Assembly: GCA_965262735.1 (NCBI GenBank)
Contig: CBDHFS010000002.1
Coordinates: forward strand, 2,034,802 to 2,098,801
DNA from: Dehalococcoidia bacterium
Lineage (GTDB): Bacteria; Chloroflexota; Dehalococcoidia; Lucifugimonadales; UBA3495
DNA length: 64,000 nt
Reading direction: 5' to 3'
Each line of letters opens with the position of its first letter. Positions within the stretch are counted from its first letter, which is position 1. Position numbers and translations under genes: made by a program. The notes beneath the pieces were generated by a model. The model saw only the letters and a program-made list of their open reading frames with translations, ran no database searches and was not told where the DNA came from. Shown here one piece after another: positions 18,211 to 27,720 of this stretch.

Positions 18211-19317
18211 TCAGTCAACAAAAATATCCAACGGCAGGAACGCCGACACCACGAAGTTGGGGATGTCGACCACTTCGCTGACCTTAAGGTCCACCGCCAC
18301 GCTGCAAATGCAGTAGGCTTGCTCCCGGGTCCAACCCCGCTCCATCAGCAGGTGAATCATGTTCAGCAGGGCTTGGCGGGAAGCCAGGGTCGCATGTTCC
18401 GATTCGTTGACGCCCCCGGCGATGCACATACCCGTTGCCGCGATGAAACGCCGGGGGGCGGCCATCTCCGGCGAGGTGAAGTAGTCGTCGCGCTCGAAAT
18501 AAGGGAAGTTGATGCCCCTGCCGGACGCCTCTCCCTTTCTTAGCTCGAAGCTCACGTGCAGCGTGCAGTCCATCTCGATGGCCGTGCCGCAGCACTCGGA
18601 ATCGCCCTGGGCGTAGTGGGCATCGCCGGCGGAGAATAGCGCCCCTGGGGTGAAGACGGGAAGGAACAGGCGCGTACCGGCGGTCAACTGCTTGATGTCC
18701 ACGTTGCCGCCGTTCTCCCGGGGCGGGATGGTCCGCAGCCCCTCGGTGGCAAAGGGTTCATGTGCGGGAACGGCGCCCGCCGGAGTTGGCCCCACCACCA
18801 TGCCGCCTCGCCGCAGCAGTTCATCCTCCCGCAACAGGATTTCCTGGCGCAGCGTCCTTGACGGGGCCACGCCGATGGTCCCCATGAAGGACGCCTCGGG
18901 CACCCGTACTCCGGGCAGTTGCTCCGATTGGGCAAAGCCGTCCCGCATCTCCCAGTGGACGATGTAGGGTTCGGTGTATACGTCCCGCAGAAAGCCAAAG
19001 CCGGGGAGAATGGTGGTAAACCCCCAGCCGGCGGGTTCGATGTTCAGAATGTTGATTTGCAGAAGGTCCCCAGGCTCCGCGCCGTTGACATACACCGGCC
19101 CGGTAAGAGGGTGGACCAGGTTCAAGTCGGCGTTCAACAGGTCAGCGGCCTGGGAGGAAGGGGTGATCTGCATATCGAAGGCGTTGCGGGTCTGCATCGC
19201 CACCTCTTCCCCGGGGTCGGCGGTCACGGCGGGCGGGATGTCCGGGTGCCAGCGGTTATGGCCTTTATCCGGCTCGTCGCCGCACTGCTTGGTGTAGTCC
19301 AGTTCGATGGTCTTCAC
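18211..19317 (-). CDS. acetamidase/formamidase family protein
   Basis: 368 aa. GHNRWHPDIPP N-terminus, GGNVDIKQL, AGDAHYAQGDSECCGTAIE, typical of the FmdA/AmdA family. Confidence 0.8.
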   Translation of the reverse strand: MKTIELDYTKQCGDEPDKGHNRWHPDIPPAVTADPGEEVAMQTRNAFDMQITPSSQAADLLNADLNLVHPLTGPVYVNGAEPGDLLQINILNIEPAGWGFTTILPGFGFLRDVYTEPYIVHWEMRDGFAQSEQLPGVRVPEASFMGTIGVAPSRTLRQEILLREDELLRRGGMVVGPTPAGAVPAHEPFATEGLRTIPPRENGGNVDIKQLTAGTRLFLPVFTPGALFSAGDAHYAQGDSECCGTAIEMDCTLHVSFELRKGEASGRGINFPYFERDDYFTSPEMAAPRRFIAATGMCIAGGVNESEHATLASRQALLNMIHLLMERGWTREQAYCICSVAVDLKVSEVVDIPNFVVSAFLPLDIFVD

Positions 19318-19735
19318 GCCCGTCCTCCTGATGTTGAGACACGCTCATGGGATTTGTGGGACGCCCGCAGTATACCATTCCGCGGACTTGCGGCGGTTTT
19401 TCCCACTCGGTTCATGGTAATCAAGTTGGACACGTTTGGATTGTAGTCGGGTGGGGTTGGGACTCCTGAAAATCGTGTCATTTCGTGTCATTTCCGCGGG
19501 CGGCAGTCCAGGAACTGGGTTCGTGCAGCGCATTTGACAGGAATTGTAAGGAGGGGTTACCGGGGTTGGCAAGAGGCCGGTGTCAGTTGGGCCGGTCAAC
19601 AAGGAAGTCTTTTGGGTCTTTCTTGTTATTCGCCGGAATCTGTTCAGTGCTGCTCAATTACTGATGCGATTTACCAGGGGTTCCTGCTGGATTCAGTCCT
19701 TCCGGCAATAGTTGGTAAGGACTGATGAGTCCAGG

Positions 19736-19758
19736 TGATTTACAAATTGATTTACAAA
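19736..19758 (+). repeat. attL-like direct repeat
   Basis: tgatttacaaattgatttacaaa, itself an 11-bp internal tandem. Identical to 25257-25279. Confidence 0.8.
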
Positions 19759-20121
19759 TCGGGGGTTGGCCGCCCCCTTGAAAATCCGGCCGGTCCGGCT
19801 TGCTCCGGGCCTGCCGGATTCCCGGTTTGCAGTTCATTGTCTTTTCCCCCGGTTTTTACGCTTGGCTCACCCATCTCCGTGCTCACTTTCTTCCCGGAAA
19901 TGCAAAACTCCATGTTGTCAACACATGGAATTATGGTCCCATCGGTTCAATTACAAAAATTTCCGATTTTGGTGAGATATGACTCCAAATGTTGAGGACC
20001 TGAGCCGGTTTGTAAGCGGCGGAGTTAAAGTGGACCACGCGGGCGGATCGACTGACTGATTTGGGGCGGTTGAAAAATGCACCGTCTGCCGCCATCCATA
20101 GGTTGGAAGTAGAACTTATGG

Positions 20122-21633
20122 ATGGTGGGATGGATGTTCCAGGTGGACGTGCACCTGCGGGTCCGACGAGGGGTGATGGTGGAGGGGATGAGCATTCGGG
20201 AAGCCTCCCGGGTGTTCGGTTTGCACCGGGACACGGTGCGCAAGATGCTGGCCTACTCGGCGCCGCCGGGCTACCGGCGGCAGACTTCTCCCCGGCGCCC
20301 CAAGCTGGAGCCCTACACCGGCGTCATCGACCGCATCCTGGATGATGATCACCGGGTCCCCAGAAAGCAGCGCCACACGGCCCAGCGCATCTTTGAGCGG
20401 CTCAGGGACGAGTACGGGTTCGGTGGGGGATACACCACGGTCAAGGACTACGTGAGGGAGCATCGGCGGCGGACGCAGGAAATGTTCGTGCCGCTCTCCC
20501 ACGCGCCGGGCCACGCCCAGTGCGACTTCGGCGAGGCTCTGGTCGTAATCGGCGGAGTACAACAGAAGGCCCACTACTTTGTCCTGGACCTGCCCCACAG
20601 CGACGGATGCTTCATCAAGGCCTACCCGGCGGAGACCACCGAGGCCTTCCTGGACGGCCACGTCTCGGCCTTTGCCTTCCTGGGCGGGGCGCCCCAGAGC
20701 ATCCTCTACGACAACACCAAGCTGGCGGTGGCCCGGATCCTGGGGGACGGCCGGAGGAAGCGCACCCGGGCCTTTACCGAGCTCCAGTCCCACTACCTGT
20801 TCGAGGACCGGTTCGGCCGCCCTGGGAAGGGCAACGACAAGGGGAAAGTCGAAGGCATGGTGGGCTACGTGCGGCGGAACTTTCTGGCGCCCATACCGTC
20901 CTTCGAGAGCTTCACCGCGCTGAACGCCCACCTGGAGGGGCGCTGCCTGGAACGGATGGACGCCAGGCTCCGGGGCCACACCGAGACCATCGGCCAGCGG
21001 ATGGAGCGGGACCTGGAGGCCCTGCTGCCCCTGACTGCCGTGCCCTACGACGCGTGCGACAAGCAGGCGGGCCGGGTGAGTTCCCTGTCGTTGGTGCGGC
21101 ACCGGACCAACGACTACTCGGCGCCGGTGGCCTACGGGCGCCGGGACGTGCTGGTGCGAGGCTATGTGGATGAGGTAGTCATCAGCTGCGGCTCGGAGAT
21201 CATCGCCCGGCACCCCCGCTCCTATGAGAGAGACGACTTCGTCTACGATCCCATCCACTACCTGCCTCTCCTGGAGCAGAAGACCGGCGCCCTGGACCAG
21301 GCGGCTCCGCTGCAGGGGTGGGACCTGCCCGAGGAGTTCGGCACACTGCGCCGGTTGCTGGAGTCCCGGATGGGACGCAGGGGCAAGCGGGAATTCGTGC
21401 AGGTGCTGAGACTGCTGGAGACCTTCTCCGGGCAGGAGGTGCATGCCGCGGTGAAAGATGCCCTCCGCCTGGGAGCTCTCAGCTTCGATGCGGTAAAGCA
21501 CCTGGTGATGTGCCGGCTGGAGGGACGGCCTCCCCGCCTCGACCTGGAGCTCTACCCCTACCTGCCCAGGGTGCGGGTCAGCACCACCTGCGCGGGAGAC
21601 TACATGACCCTGCTGTCGGGAAAGGCCGCATGA
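20122..21633 (+). CDS. istA: IS21 family transposase IstA
   Basis: N-terminal HTH (MSIREASRVFGLHRDTVRKML), DDE region (QCDFGE..., LYDNTK...). Stop overlaps the istB start (ATGA). Alternative start at 20134. Confidence 0.9.
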   Translation: MVGWMFQVDVHLRVRRGVMVEGMSIREASRVFGLHRDTVRKMLAYSAPPGYRRQTSPRRPKLEPYTGVIDRILDDDHRVPRKQRHTAQRIFERLRDEYGFGGGYTTVKDYVREHRRRTQEMFVPLSHAPGHAQCDFGEALVVIGGVQQKAHYFVLDLPHSDGCFIKAYPAETTEAFLDGHVSAFAFLGGAPQSILYDNTKLAVARILGDGRRKRTRAFTELQSHYLFEDRFGRPGKGNDKGKVEGMVGYVRRNFLAPIPSFESFTALNAHLEGRCLERMDARLRGHTETIGQRMERDLEALLPLTAVPYDACDKQAGRVSSLSLVRHRTNDYSAPVAYGRRDVLVRGYVDEVVISCGSEIIARHPRSYERDDFVYDPIHYLPLLEQKTGALDQAAPLQGWDLPEEFGTLRRLLESRMGRRGKREFVQVLRLLETFSGQEVHAAVKDALRLGALSFDAVKHLVMCRLEGRPPRLDLELYPYLPRVRVSTTCAGDYMTLLSGKAA

Positions 21634-22412
21634 ACGACCGTCCCACGCTGCTGCTGGAACACCACCTGAAGGAGTTGAAGCTGCCCAGCTTTCTCCGTGA
21701 GTACGGAAAGCTGGCCGCCCTGTGCGCCGCCGAGGGAGTGGACCATCCCAGCTACCTGCTCCGGCTGGCCGAACTGGAACTCATCGAGCGCCACCAGCGC
21801 ATGGTGCAGCGCCGGATCAGAGCGGCGCGATTCCCCGCCGTCAAGAGTCTGGACACCTTCGACCTCCTGGCCATCCCCTCGGTGAACAAGGTCCTGGTGG
21901 CAGAACTGGCCCGCTGCGAATACATCCAGCGCCGGGAGAATGTCATCGCTGTCGGCAACAGCGGCGCCGGCAAGACCCATGTCGCCCTGGGGTTGGGCCT
22001 GCCCGCCTGTCAGCGGGGGATGTCGGTGGGCTTCACCACCGCCGCCGCCCTGGTCCACGAACTGATGGAGGCCCGGGACGAGAGACGCCTGCTCAACCTC
22101 CAGCGGCAGATGTCCCGCCTCGGCCTGCTGATCATCGACGAACTGGGCTTCGTGCCCCTGTCCCCCACCGGGGCGGAACTGCTCTTCGAAGTCTTCAGCC
22201 AGCGCTACGAGCGGGGCTCCATCCTGGTCACCACCAACCTCCCCTTCGACGAGTGGACCCAGGTCTTCGGGTCTGAGCGCCTCACCGGAGCGCTGCTGGA
22301 CCGGCTCACCCACCACGTCCACATCCTGGAGATGAACGGCGACAGCTACCGCCTCAAGCACAGCCGGCAGAATGCCCCATCCCAGGCCTCGGAAGAACCG
22401 GAAGACTCCTAG
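21630..22412 (+). CDS. istB: IS21 family helper ATPase IstB
   Basis: MNDRPTLLLEHHLKELKLPSF, Walker A GNSGAGKTH, Walker B LLIIDELG. The track start at 21318 is an upstream extension. Confidence 0.9.
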   Translation: MNDRPTLLLEHHLKELKLPSFLREYGKLAALCAAEGVDHPSYLLRLAELELIERHQRMVQRRIRAARFPAVKSLDTFDLLAIPSVNKVLVAELARCEYIQRRENVIAVGNSGAGKTHVALGLGLPACQRGMSVGFTTAAALVHELMEARDERRLLNLQRQMSRLGLLIIDELGFVPLSPTGAELLFEVFSQRYERGSILVTTNLPFDEWTQVFGSERLTGALLDRLTHHVHILEMNGDSYRLKHSRQNAPSQASEEPEDS

Positions 22413-22566
22413 CTATCTCCTCCTGTCCCTGAAGGATCCCCCTGCTTGCTACTCCCCCTGGACTCCCTTGTCATCGCACCAGTGGGACAATTTCTCTCCG
22501 CCGCAGTGGTACACCTTGTCGACGCCCTTGACAATCCATGTTTCAATCCGTGTTTCAATCCGTGTT

Positions 22567-22845
22567 TCAGGCGGAATTACCGGCGCTGGCCCGGTGTTTC
22601 TCATCGGGCCCGTCTTCCTCCGTCCGGTCCTTCTGGGGTCTCCGGTATTCCTCGATGGTGATCCCGAGGTCCCGGCACCACTGGTACAGGGTGCCGTTGG
22701 ATATACCCATGTCGATGGCTGCCTGGGCGACCATGAATCTCTGTCCCTCCCGGGACTTCATGACGCCCTCGATGACCTCCCGGATGCTCTTGCCGGGGTT
22801 CCGGGCTTCGAGCAGCTGCTGTGCCGTCGTTTTCTGCATACTCAT
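22567..22845 (-). CDS. small helix-turn-helix protein (Cro/Xis-like) of the integrative element
   Basis: 92 aa. QAAIDMGISNGTLYQWCRDLGI HTH. Divergent from the repressor gene. An 11-bp x3 tandem repeat and the IS21 end lie just 3-prime of its stop. Confidence 0.5.
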   Translation of the reverse strand: MSMQKTTAQQLLEARNPGKSIREVIEGVMKSREGQRFMVAQAAIDMGISNGTLYQWCRDLGITIEEYRRPQKDRTEEDGPDEKHRASAGNSA

Positions 22846-22924
22846 CTCCCTGGGTCCATATTGTGTGATTTAGTGAAAAGCTATTAAAATTAGTAGAGGA
22901 GAATCGTGGGGGGAGTTGTTGAAG

Positions 22925-22957
22925 TCTGTCAAGCAATTAGTTTAATCTCTTGACAGA
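22925..22957. promoter_or_regulatory. palindromic operator candidate between the divergent HTH genes
   Basis: TCTGTCAAG-N15-CTTGACAGA perfect 9-bp arms in an AT-rich intergenic region. Each arm contains TTGACA. Confidence 0.55.
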
Positions 22958-23012
22958 TTCAAACTTTTATAAAACCTGGTGCGCGATTTTGAGCACCCAT
23001 GGGAGGTTGTGG

Positions 23013-23753
23013 ATGGTTGACGATGCTTTTGCTCAGGTTGAGTCTTCGGCTGAGTCCTCGGCTAATTCTTCGGTGGAATCTTCTCAGCCCCCGAGTCTGA
23101 TGGCCCAGCGTCTGCGGATTGCTCGCGAAGCCGCGGGACTCTCCCGGACGCAGGCGGCGGCCCGGGCTGAGATAGCCGATAACAGCATTTACCGTTATGA
23201 GAACGGCAGGAATACGCCGAGGTCGGAGATCCTGGCGAAGCTGGCCAGAATCTACGGGCGCCCGGTGGAGTGGTTCCGCGGGGACCCGGCCGCGGTGGTG
23301 GGGCCGATCTGGCATTTCTCTGATGCCGCCATGGCCGGGAGTATCCGGGATGTGGAGGTTACGAGTGTCCCGGTGATCGCCACGGTCGCCGGCGCGGGTT
23401 CCTTCGACTGGGACGATTCGTCCCGCTACTGGCTGCCCTACCGGCAGGACTGGCTGACGCCCAATGGGATGAATGTCCTGAATTGCCGGCTCGTTGAGGT
23501 CCGGGGGGACTCGATGCTGCCGATATTCCCGTCAGGGTCGCTAGTCATGGTGGACCTCGATCGGTTCTCCCTCTGGGACGGACGTCTCTACCTGATTTCC
23601 GTGGCCAATGAGGGGGTGGTCCTGCGCCGGGTCAGTCAGGATGGGACGGGTTGGGTTGTCGCTGCGGATAATCCTGCGGTGAGGCCCAGGATCTACGATA
23701 AGTCCTGGACGGTCTACGGCCAGGTCCGCATGTCCTACACGGTCTTCGACTAG
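23013..23753 (+). CDS. XRE-family HTH + S24 (LexA/CI-like) peptidase-domain repressor
   Basis: HTH AQRLRIAREAAGLSRTQAAARAEIADNSIYRYENGRNTP. S24 motif VRGDSMLP. GGGAGG RBS before the ATG at 23013 (alternative start 23100). Confidence 0.8.
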   Translation: MVDDAFAQVESSAESSANSSVESSQPPSLMAQRLRIAREAAGLSRTQAAARAEIADNSIYRYENGRNTPRSEILAKLARIYGRPVEWFRGDPAAVVGPIWHFSDAAMAGSIRDVEVTSVPVIATVAGAGSFDWDDSSRYWLPYRQDWLTPNGMNVLNCRLVEVRGDSMLPIFPSGSLVMVDLDRFSLWDGRLYLISVANEGVVLRRVSQDGTGWVVAADNPAVRPRIYDKSWTVYGQVRMSYTVFD

Positions 23754-23946
23754 CTGTTTGACTGGTTTTCCCCGGCATTTTCCGGGGAAAAGTTCCGAAA
23801 GCGTCCGGTTGCGTTCTGCAGTTTCCTACAGGGCCTCTGGCCCGTGTACCCGGGGGTGTTTCAACGAGGGGGAGGTCCATGGCGCGCGCGTTCCCGCAGC
23901 TTGACGGTCCTTCAGTCCAGGTCTAACCGTATGCCGGGTTGGATTC

Positions 23947-23978
23947 ATACCGGGAGATTGTTCTCCCGGTATCTTTTT
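23947..23978 (+). terminator. rho-independent terminator between the repressor and integrase genes
   Basis: ataccgggag-attgtt-ctcccggtat 10-bp stem followed by cttttt. Confidence 0.7.
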
Positions 23979-24132
23979 GTGCTCAGCCTGCGGTCTCGGG
24001 GGTTTATTCGTCCTTCTTGGTTCTTCCCTTGAAGGCGGTCCGGGCCTTCATTCGGTTATGGTTCGTGGGTTGTCGAAGGTATGTGCGGTGGATATGGCAA
24101 CCCGGTGAAACCGTTGTGCGAGGTGGACCCGC

Positions 24133-25287
24133 ATGGCTCGAGACATATCCGGCAGAGGTCTCCGAAGCATCCTGATCGATGGACGATCTACATCTACCTG
24201 GGTAGGAACCCGGTGACGGGCGGGAGTAAGTACAAGACTGAAGTCTTCCGGGGAACTAGGAGGGAGGCCAACCGGCGGCTCACCAAGCTGCTCCCGGATC
24301 TGGATAACGGTGATTACGTCGAACCTTCCGGTTTTACCACTGCGGAGTTCATTCGGGTCTGGCTTAGGGATTTTGTCGAAGTACGGGTTCGCCAGCAGTC
24401 CTTTGTGGTGTACCGCCGTATTTCGGAGCGGCATATCATTCCCGTCCTGGGACATATTCCGGTTGAGAAGCTCAGCTCCCAGGAAATCCAGTCGATGGAG
24501 TCCGGATTTATTAGGAATGGGCTTTCAGCTCGTATGGTCCAGCATTGTCACGGGGTGCTTTCGCAGGCTCTGAAGTGGGGTGTCAAGATTAGGTATCTTG
24601 ATACGCAACGCGGCAGATCAGGTGGATGCCCCCAGATTTCAGGCCTATCGGTCCCGGACTCTGAACTGGGATGAGGTTTCAACCTTGCTGTCATTGGTGG
24701 AGTCGACACCCTATTATTCTCTGGTCCTGATCGCCCTGCTCACCGGGTTGAGGCGGTCCGAGCTGTTGGGGCTGAGGTGGCGGGACGTTGACTTTGACCG
24801 GTCCCTGGTCTCGGTGAATCACAGCCTGGTTGAGCTCCCCGGCAGGGTGGAGCTGGGTCCGACCAAGTCCGGCAGGCCGCGGTCCGTGTCCCTGCCACCG
24901 CAGGCGGTTGACTGTCTGGCGGGCCTGCTGGAGTCCCGTGGTGGGAGTGGGCCGGACCATCTTGACGGCATGGTGTTCTGCCGCGGGGATGGCCGGCCTC
25001 TCAGGCAGGGGTCGGTGTCCCGGGGTTTCCGGAAGCTGATTATGGAGGCGGGTTTCGAGGGGTTCCGTTTTCATGACCTGCGCCACACTCACGCGAGTCT
25101 GCTGCTGGGTGAGGGGGTCCATCTCAAGGTTGTGTCAGAGCGGCTGGGCCATGCCGGGATCGAGATTACTGCGGATCTGTACTCCCATGTGGCGCCGAGT
25201 CTTCAGCAGGAGGCGGCAGTTCAATTGAGTGAAAGGTTTAAGGATCTCCGGGGAGTTGATTTACAAATTGATTTACAAACGGTCTGA
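24133..25287 (+). pseudogene. tyrosine recombinase/integrase with at least two frameshifts
   Basis: ATG at 24133 has an AGGTGGA RBS, but the reading MAR... is out of frame with HIRQRSPKHPDRWTIYIYLGRNPVTG. A second shift near 24590 (ALKWGVK / LGILIRNAADQVDAPR). Catalytic R (LTGLRRSEL), HDLRHTH and LGHAGIEITADLYSH are present. Confidence 0.8.
25257..25279 (+). repeat. attR-like direct repeat
   Basis: Identical 23-mer to 19736-19758. Confidence 0.8.
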
Positions 25288-25439
25288 GGGTGAGTCGGAA
25301 GACTGTGGTTTCGTGCTTGGGGACGGGAGTTTTGGCCCGGTTTGGGGAGGGTGTGACGAAAGGAAGTCCCTTCGGGGCCCCGGGACGAACGGGTTGAAAT
25401 TGCCGCACGCCCCGGACAAGCGGCCTTTTGATATAGTCC

Positions 25440-26432
25440 CTAAATGCCCAGGGTTGGGTACAACTCCGGGTTGGCGCAGGCCTCCATGCGCTCGCCACGG
25501 AGTCCGGCCAGCAGGTTGCGGACGGCCAGAAACATGGTCTGCCGGCGGGTGGGAATGGCTGCGCTGCCAACGTGGGGCGTGATGACGATGTTGTCCAGGG
25601 TCAGCAGTGGGCTGTCGGCGGGCAGCGGCTCCGGGTCGGTGACGTCCAGCCCGGCGGCGTAAATCCAGTTTTCCTTCAAAGCGGTGTACAGGGCCTGCGG
25701 GTCTACCACCGGCCCCCGGGCGGCGTTGATTAGCACCGCCGAGGGCTTCATCGCCCGCAGTTGGGCCTCGCCGATGAAGTGCCGAGTTTCCGGTGTCAGC
25801 GGGACGTGCAGCGAAACGTAGTCCGCGGTTTCGAGCAGCGTGGACAGGTCGGCGTATTCCAGGCCATGCTGGGCTTCCAGGTCCGGCTTGCGGGTCCGCG
25901 AGTAGTACAGCACCCGCATATCGAACCCCTGCGCCCGCTTCACCATTTCCAGGCCGATTTCTCCCAAACCGATAATGCCCAGCGTCGCGCCGTGGACGTC
26001 GACCCCAAGCCATCCCAGGGGATGAAAGGCAAGCTGCCATTCGCCCCGGCGGACCCAGCGTTCGCCTTCACCCACCCGTCGGGCGGCGCACATCAGCAGC
26101 GCGAAGGCCAGGTCGGCGGTGCACTTGGCCAGAACTCCCGGCGTGTTGCCCACCAGAATCCGCCGGCGGGTGGCCTCGGCCAGGTCTATGTGGTCGACGC
26201 CGACCCCGAGTTGGCTGATGACGGTCAGGCCGGGGGCCGCTGCCATCGTGGGGCCGTCCATGCGGTCCATGATGTTGATGAGCGCGCCCGCCTTGCCGGA
26301 CAGAAGCCCCCGCAGCTCTTCCGGCGACGGCGGATATTCGTCGGGCCAGACTTCGACCTGGGCGGCTTCTTCCAGAAGCGCCAGGGCTTCGGGCAGAATT
26401 TCGCGGGTTACCAGCACCAGCGGTTTGGGCAT
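25440..26432 (-). CDS. D-isomer specific 2-hydroxyacid dehydrogenase (glyoxylate/hydroxypyruvate reductase-like)
   Basis: 330 aa. NAD motif GIIGLGEIGLEM and catalytic region NAARG..VD...L. TPHVGSA near the C-terminus. Confidence 0.85.
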   Translation of the reverse strand: MPKPLVLVTREILPEALALLEEAAQVEVWPDEYPPSPEELRGLLSGKAGALINIMDRMDGPTMAAAPGLTVISQLGVGVDHIDLAEATRRRILVGNTPGVLAKCTADLAFALLMCAARRVGEGERWVRRGEWQLAFHPLGWLGVDVHGATLGIIGLGEIGLEMVKRAQGFDMRVLYYSRTRKPDLEAQHGLEYADLSTLLETADYVSLHVPLTPETRHFIGEAQLRAMKPSAVLINAARGPVVDPQALYTALKENWIYAAGLDVTDPEPLPADSPLLTLDNIVITPHVGSAAIPTRRQTMFLAVRNLLAGLRGERMEACANPELYPTLGI

Positions 26433-26677
26433 AAACGCCTTCCTATGGGGGTAGAGTTTGGAACCGGGAGGGACCTTTAATGAGGGACCTTTAATTCAAT
26501 GCGCCCCGACGCCCCGATGCCCTGAAATGTTTTGACCGTTCGTCCTGAGGCTCTCGAAGGGCTATCCGCCGAACACCGCCATTGTAGCGAACCGGGCTGG
26601 TGTTGTTCCAGCGGTTTTTCGGAAGGCTGGGCTGATGCTATACTTGGCCGGACATTTTGAAGCGCCCGGAGGATGGA

Positions 26678-27637
26678 ATGGCCCTGTTTTTGACCGAACG
26701 CGAAGTCGTGGAACTGCTGCCGATGAACGAGTGCATTGACGTGCTGGACGAAGCCTTCGCTCATGCCGGCGCAGGGCAAGTGGAGATTAAGCCCCGGTCC
26801 CGCATCCGTATGCCCAACGGCTTCTTTCATTTTATGTCGGCGTCCGACGCTGAACACGGCGTGTTCGGCTACAAGGCGTATCCCTCTTTTGCCGGCCCCG
26901 GGGGGAGCAAGTTCCTGGTGATGCTCTACGACTTTGAGACCGGGCAGCTTCTGGCGCTGCTGGAAGCGGGACGCTTGGGGCAAATCAGGACCGGCGCCGC
27001 TTCGGGTCTGGCCACGCGGTACATGGCCAAGGCGGACGCTTCGACCGTGGCGGTGTTCGGCTCCGGGTTCCAGGCCCGCACCCAACTGGAGGCGGTCTGC
27101 GCCGCCCGGGACATCCGGCAGGCCCGGGTGTACAGCCGGCGGGCGGAACGCCGCGAGGAGTTTGCCCGGCAGATGAGCGAGCGGCTGAACCTGGATGTGC
27201 AGGCGGTGGACAGCCCCCAGGACTGTATTGCCGATGCCGACGTGGTGGTTACCATTACTTCGGCGCGTGACCCGGTGTTCGAGGGCGCCGGGTTGAGTCC
27301 TGGGGCCCACGTCAACGCCGCCGGCGGCAATCACTGGCAGCGCCGGGAGGTGGACGAGGACACGGTTACCCGGTCCGACGTTATCGTTGTGGACGACCTG
27401 GACCAGGCCAAGGTTGAGTGCGGCGACCTGTTGTGGCTGGAGGCCCGGGGCAGTTTCCGCTGGGACATGGCCCACGAGTTGCAGGACGTGGCGGCCGGTC
27501 GGGTCCAGGGGCGGCCTTCGCCGGATTCGATAACCCTGTTCGAGTCTATGGGGGTGGCGCTGGAGGACATTGCGGCGGCGCAACTGGTGTACCGCAAGGC
27601 CGTGGAGCGGGGAATGGGTCAGGAGCTGCCTTTCTGA
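26678..27637 (+). CDS. ornithine cyclodeaminase/mu-crystallin family protein
   Basis: LFLTEREVVELLPMNECIDVLDEAF, GQIRTGAASGLATRYMA, VFGSGFQARTQLEA. GGAGGA RBS before the ATG at 26678. Confidence 0.85.
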   Translation: MALFLTEREVVELLPMNECIDVLDEAFAHAGAGQVEIKPRSRIRMPNGFFHFMSASDAEHGVFGYKAYPSFAGPGGSKFLVMLYDFETGQLLALLEAGRLGQIRTGAASGLATRYMAKADASTVAVFGSGFQARTQLEAVCAARDIRQARVYSRRAERREEFARQMSERLNLDVQAVDSPQDCIADADVVVTITSARDPVFEGAGLSPGAHVNAAGGNHWQRREVDEDTVTRSDVIVVDDLDQAKVECGDLLWLEARGSFRWDMAHELQDVAAGRVQGRPSPDSITLFESMGVALEDIAAAQLVYRKAVERGMGQELPF

Positions 27638-27683
27638 GGATGGGCCGGGGTTGCTCGGCTGAAGTGGGAAGGGGACTCGGAAG

Positions 27684-27711
27684 AAGGCCCCCGGCAATTG
27701 CCGGGGGCCTT
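27684..27711. terminator. bidirectional hairpin between convergent transcription units
   Basis: Perfect 28-nt palindrome aaggcccccggcaattgccgggggcctt followed by gttgttg. Confidence 0.6.
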
Positions 27712-27720
27712 GTTGTTGGC

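Larger units (their letters stand above)
19990..22533 (+). mobile_element. IS21 family insertion sequence (boundaries approximate)
   Basis: istA-istB pair. Imperfect terminal inverted repeats tgttgagg...gcggcggag (left) and ctccgccgc...cttgaca (right). ~2.5 kb. Confidence 0.7.
19736..25279 (+). mobile_element. integrative element (5.5 kb) bounded by 23-bp perfect direct repeats. Carries a CI/Cro-like switch, a decayed tyrosine integrase and an IS21 insertion
   Basis: tgatttacaaattgatttacaaa at 19736-19758 and 25257-25279. The integrase 3-prime end overlaps the right repeat. Confidence 0.75.

Noticed and set aside
19700-19760. tRNA gene as the integration target of the 5.5-kb element
   Set aside because: Neither junction contains a T-arm or acceptor-like sequence. 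The att repeat is an AT-rich 11-bp internal tandem, not a tRNA 3-prime end.
20116-21501. 461-aa minus-strand ORF inside IS21
   Set aside because: Antisense to istA, which has the clear HTH and DDE transposase signature.
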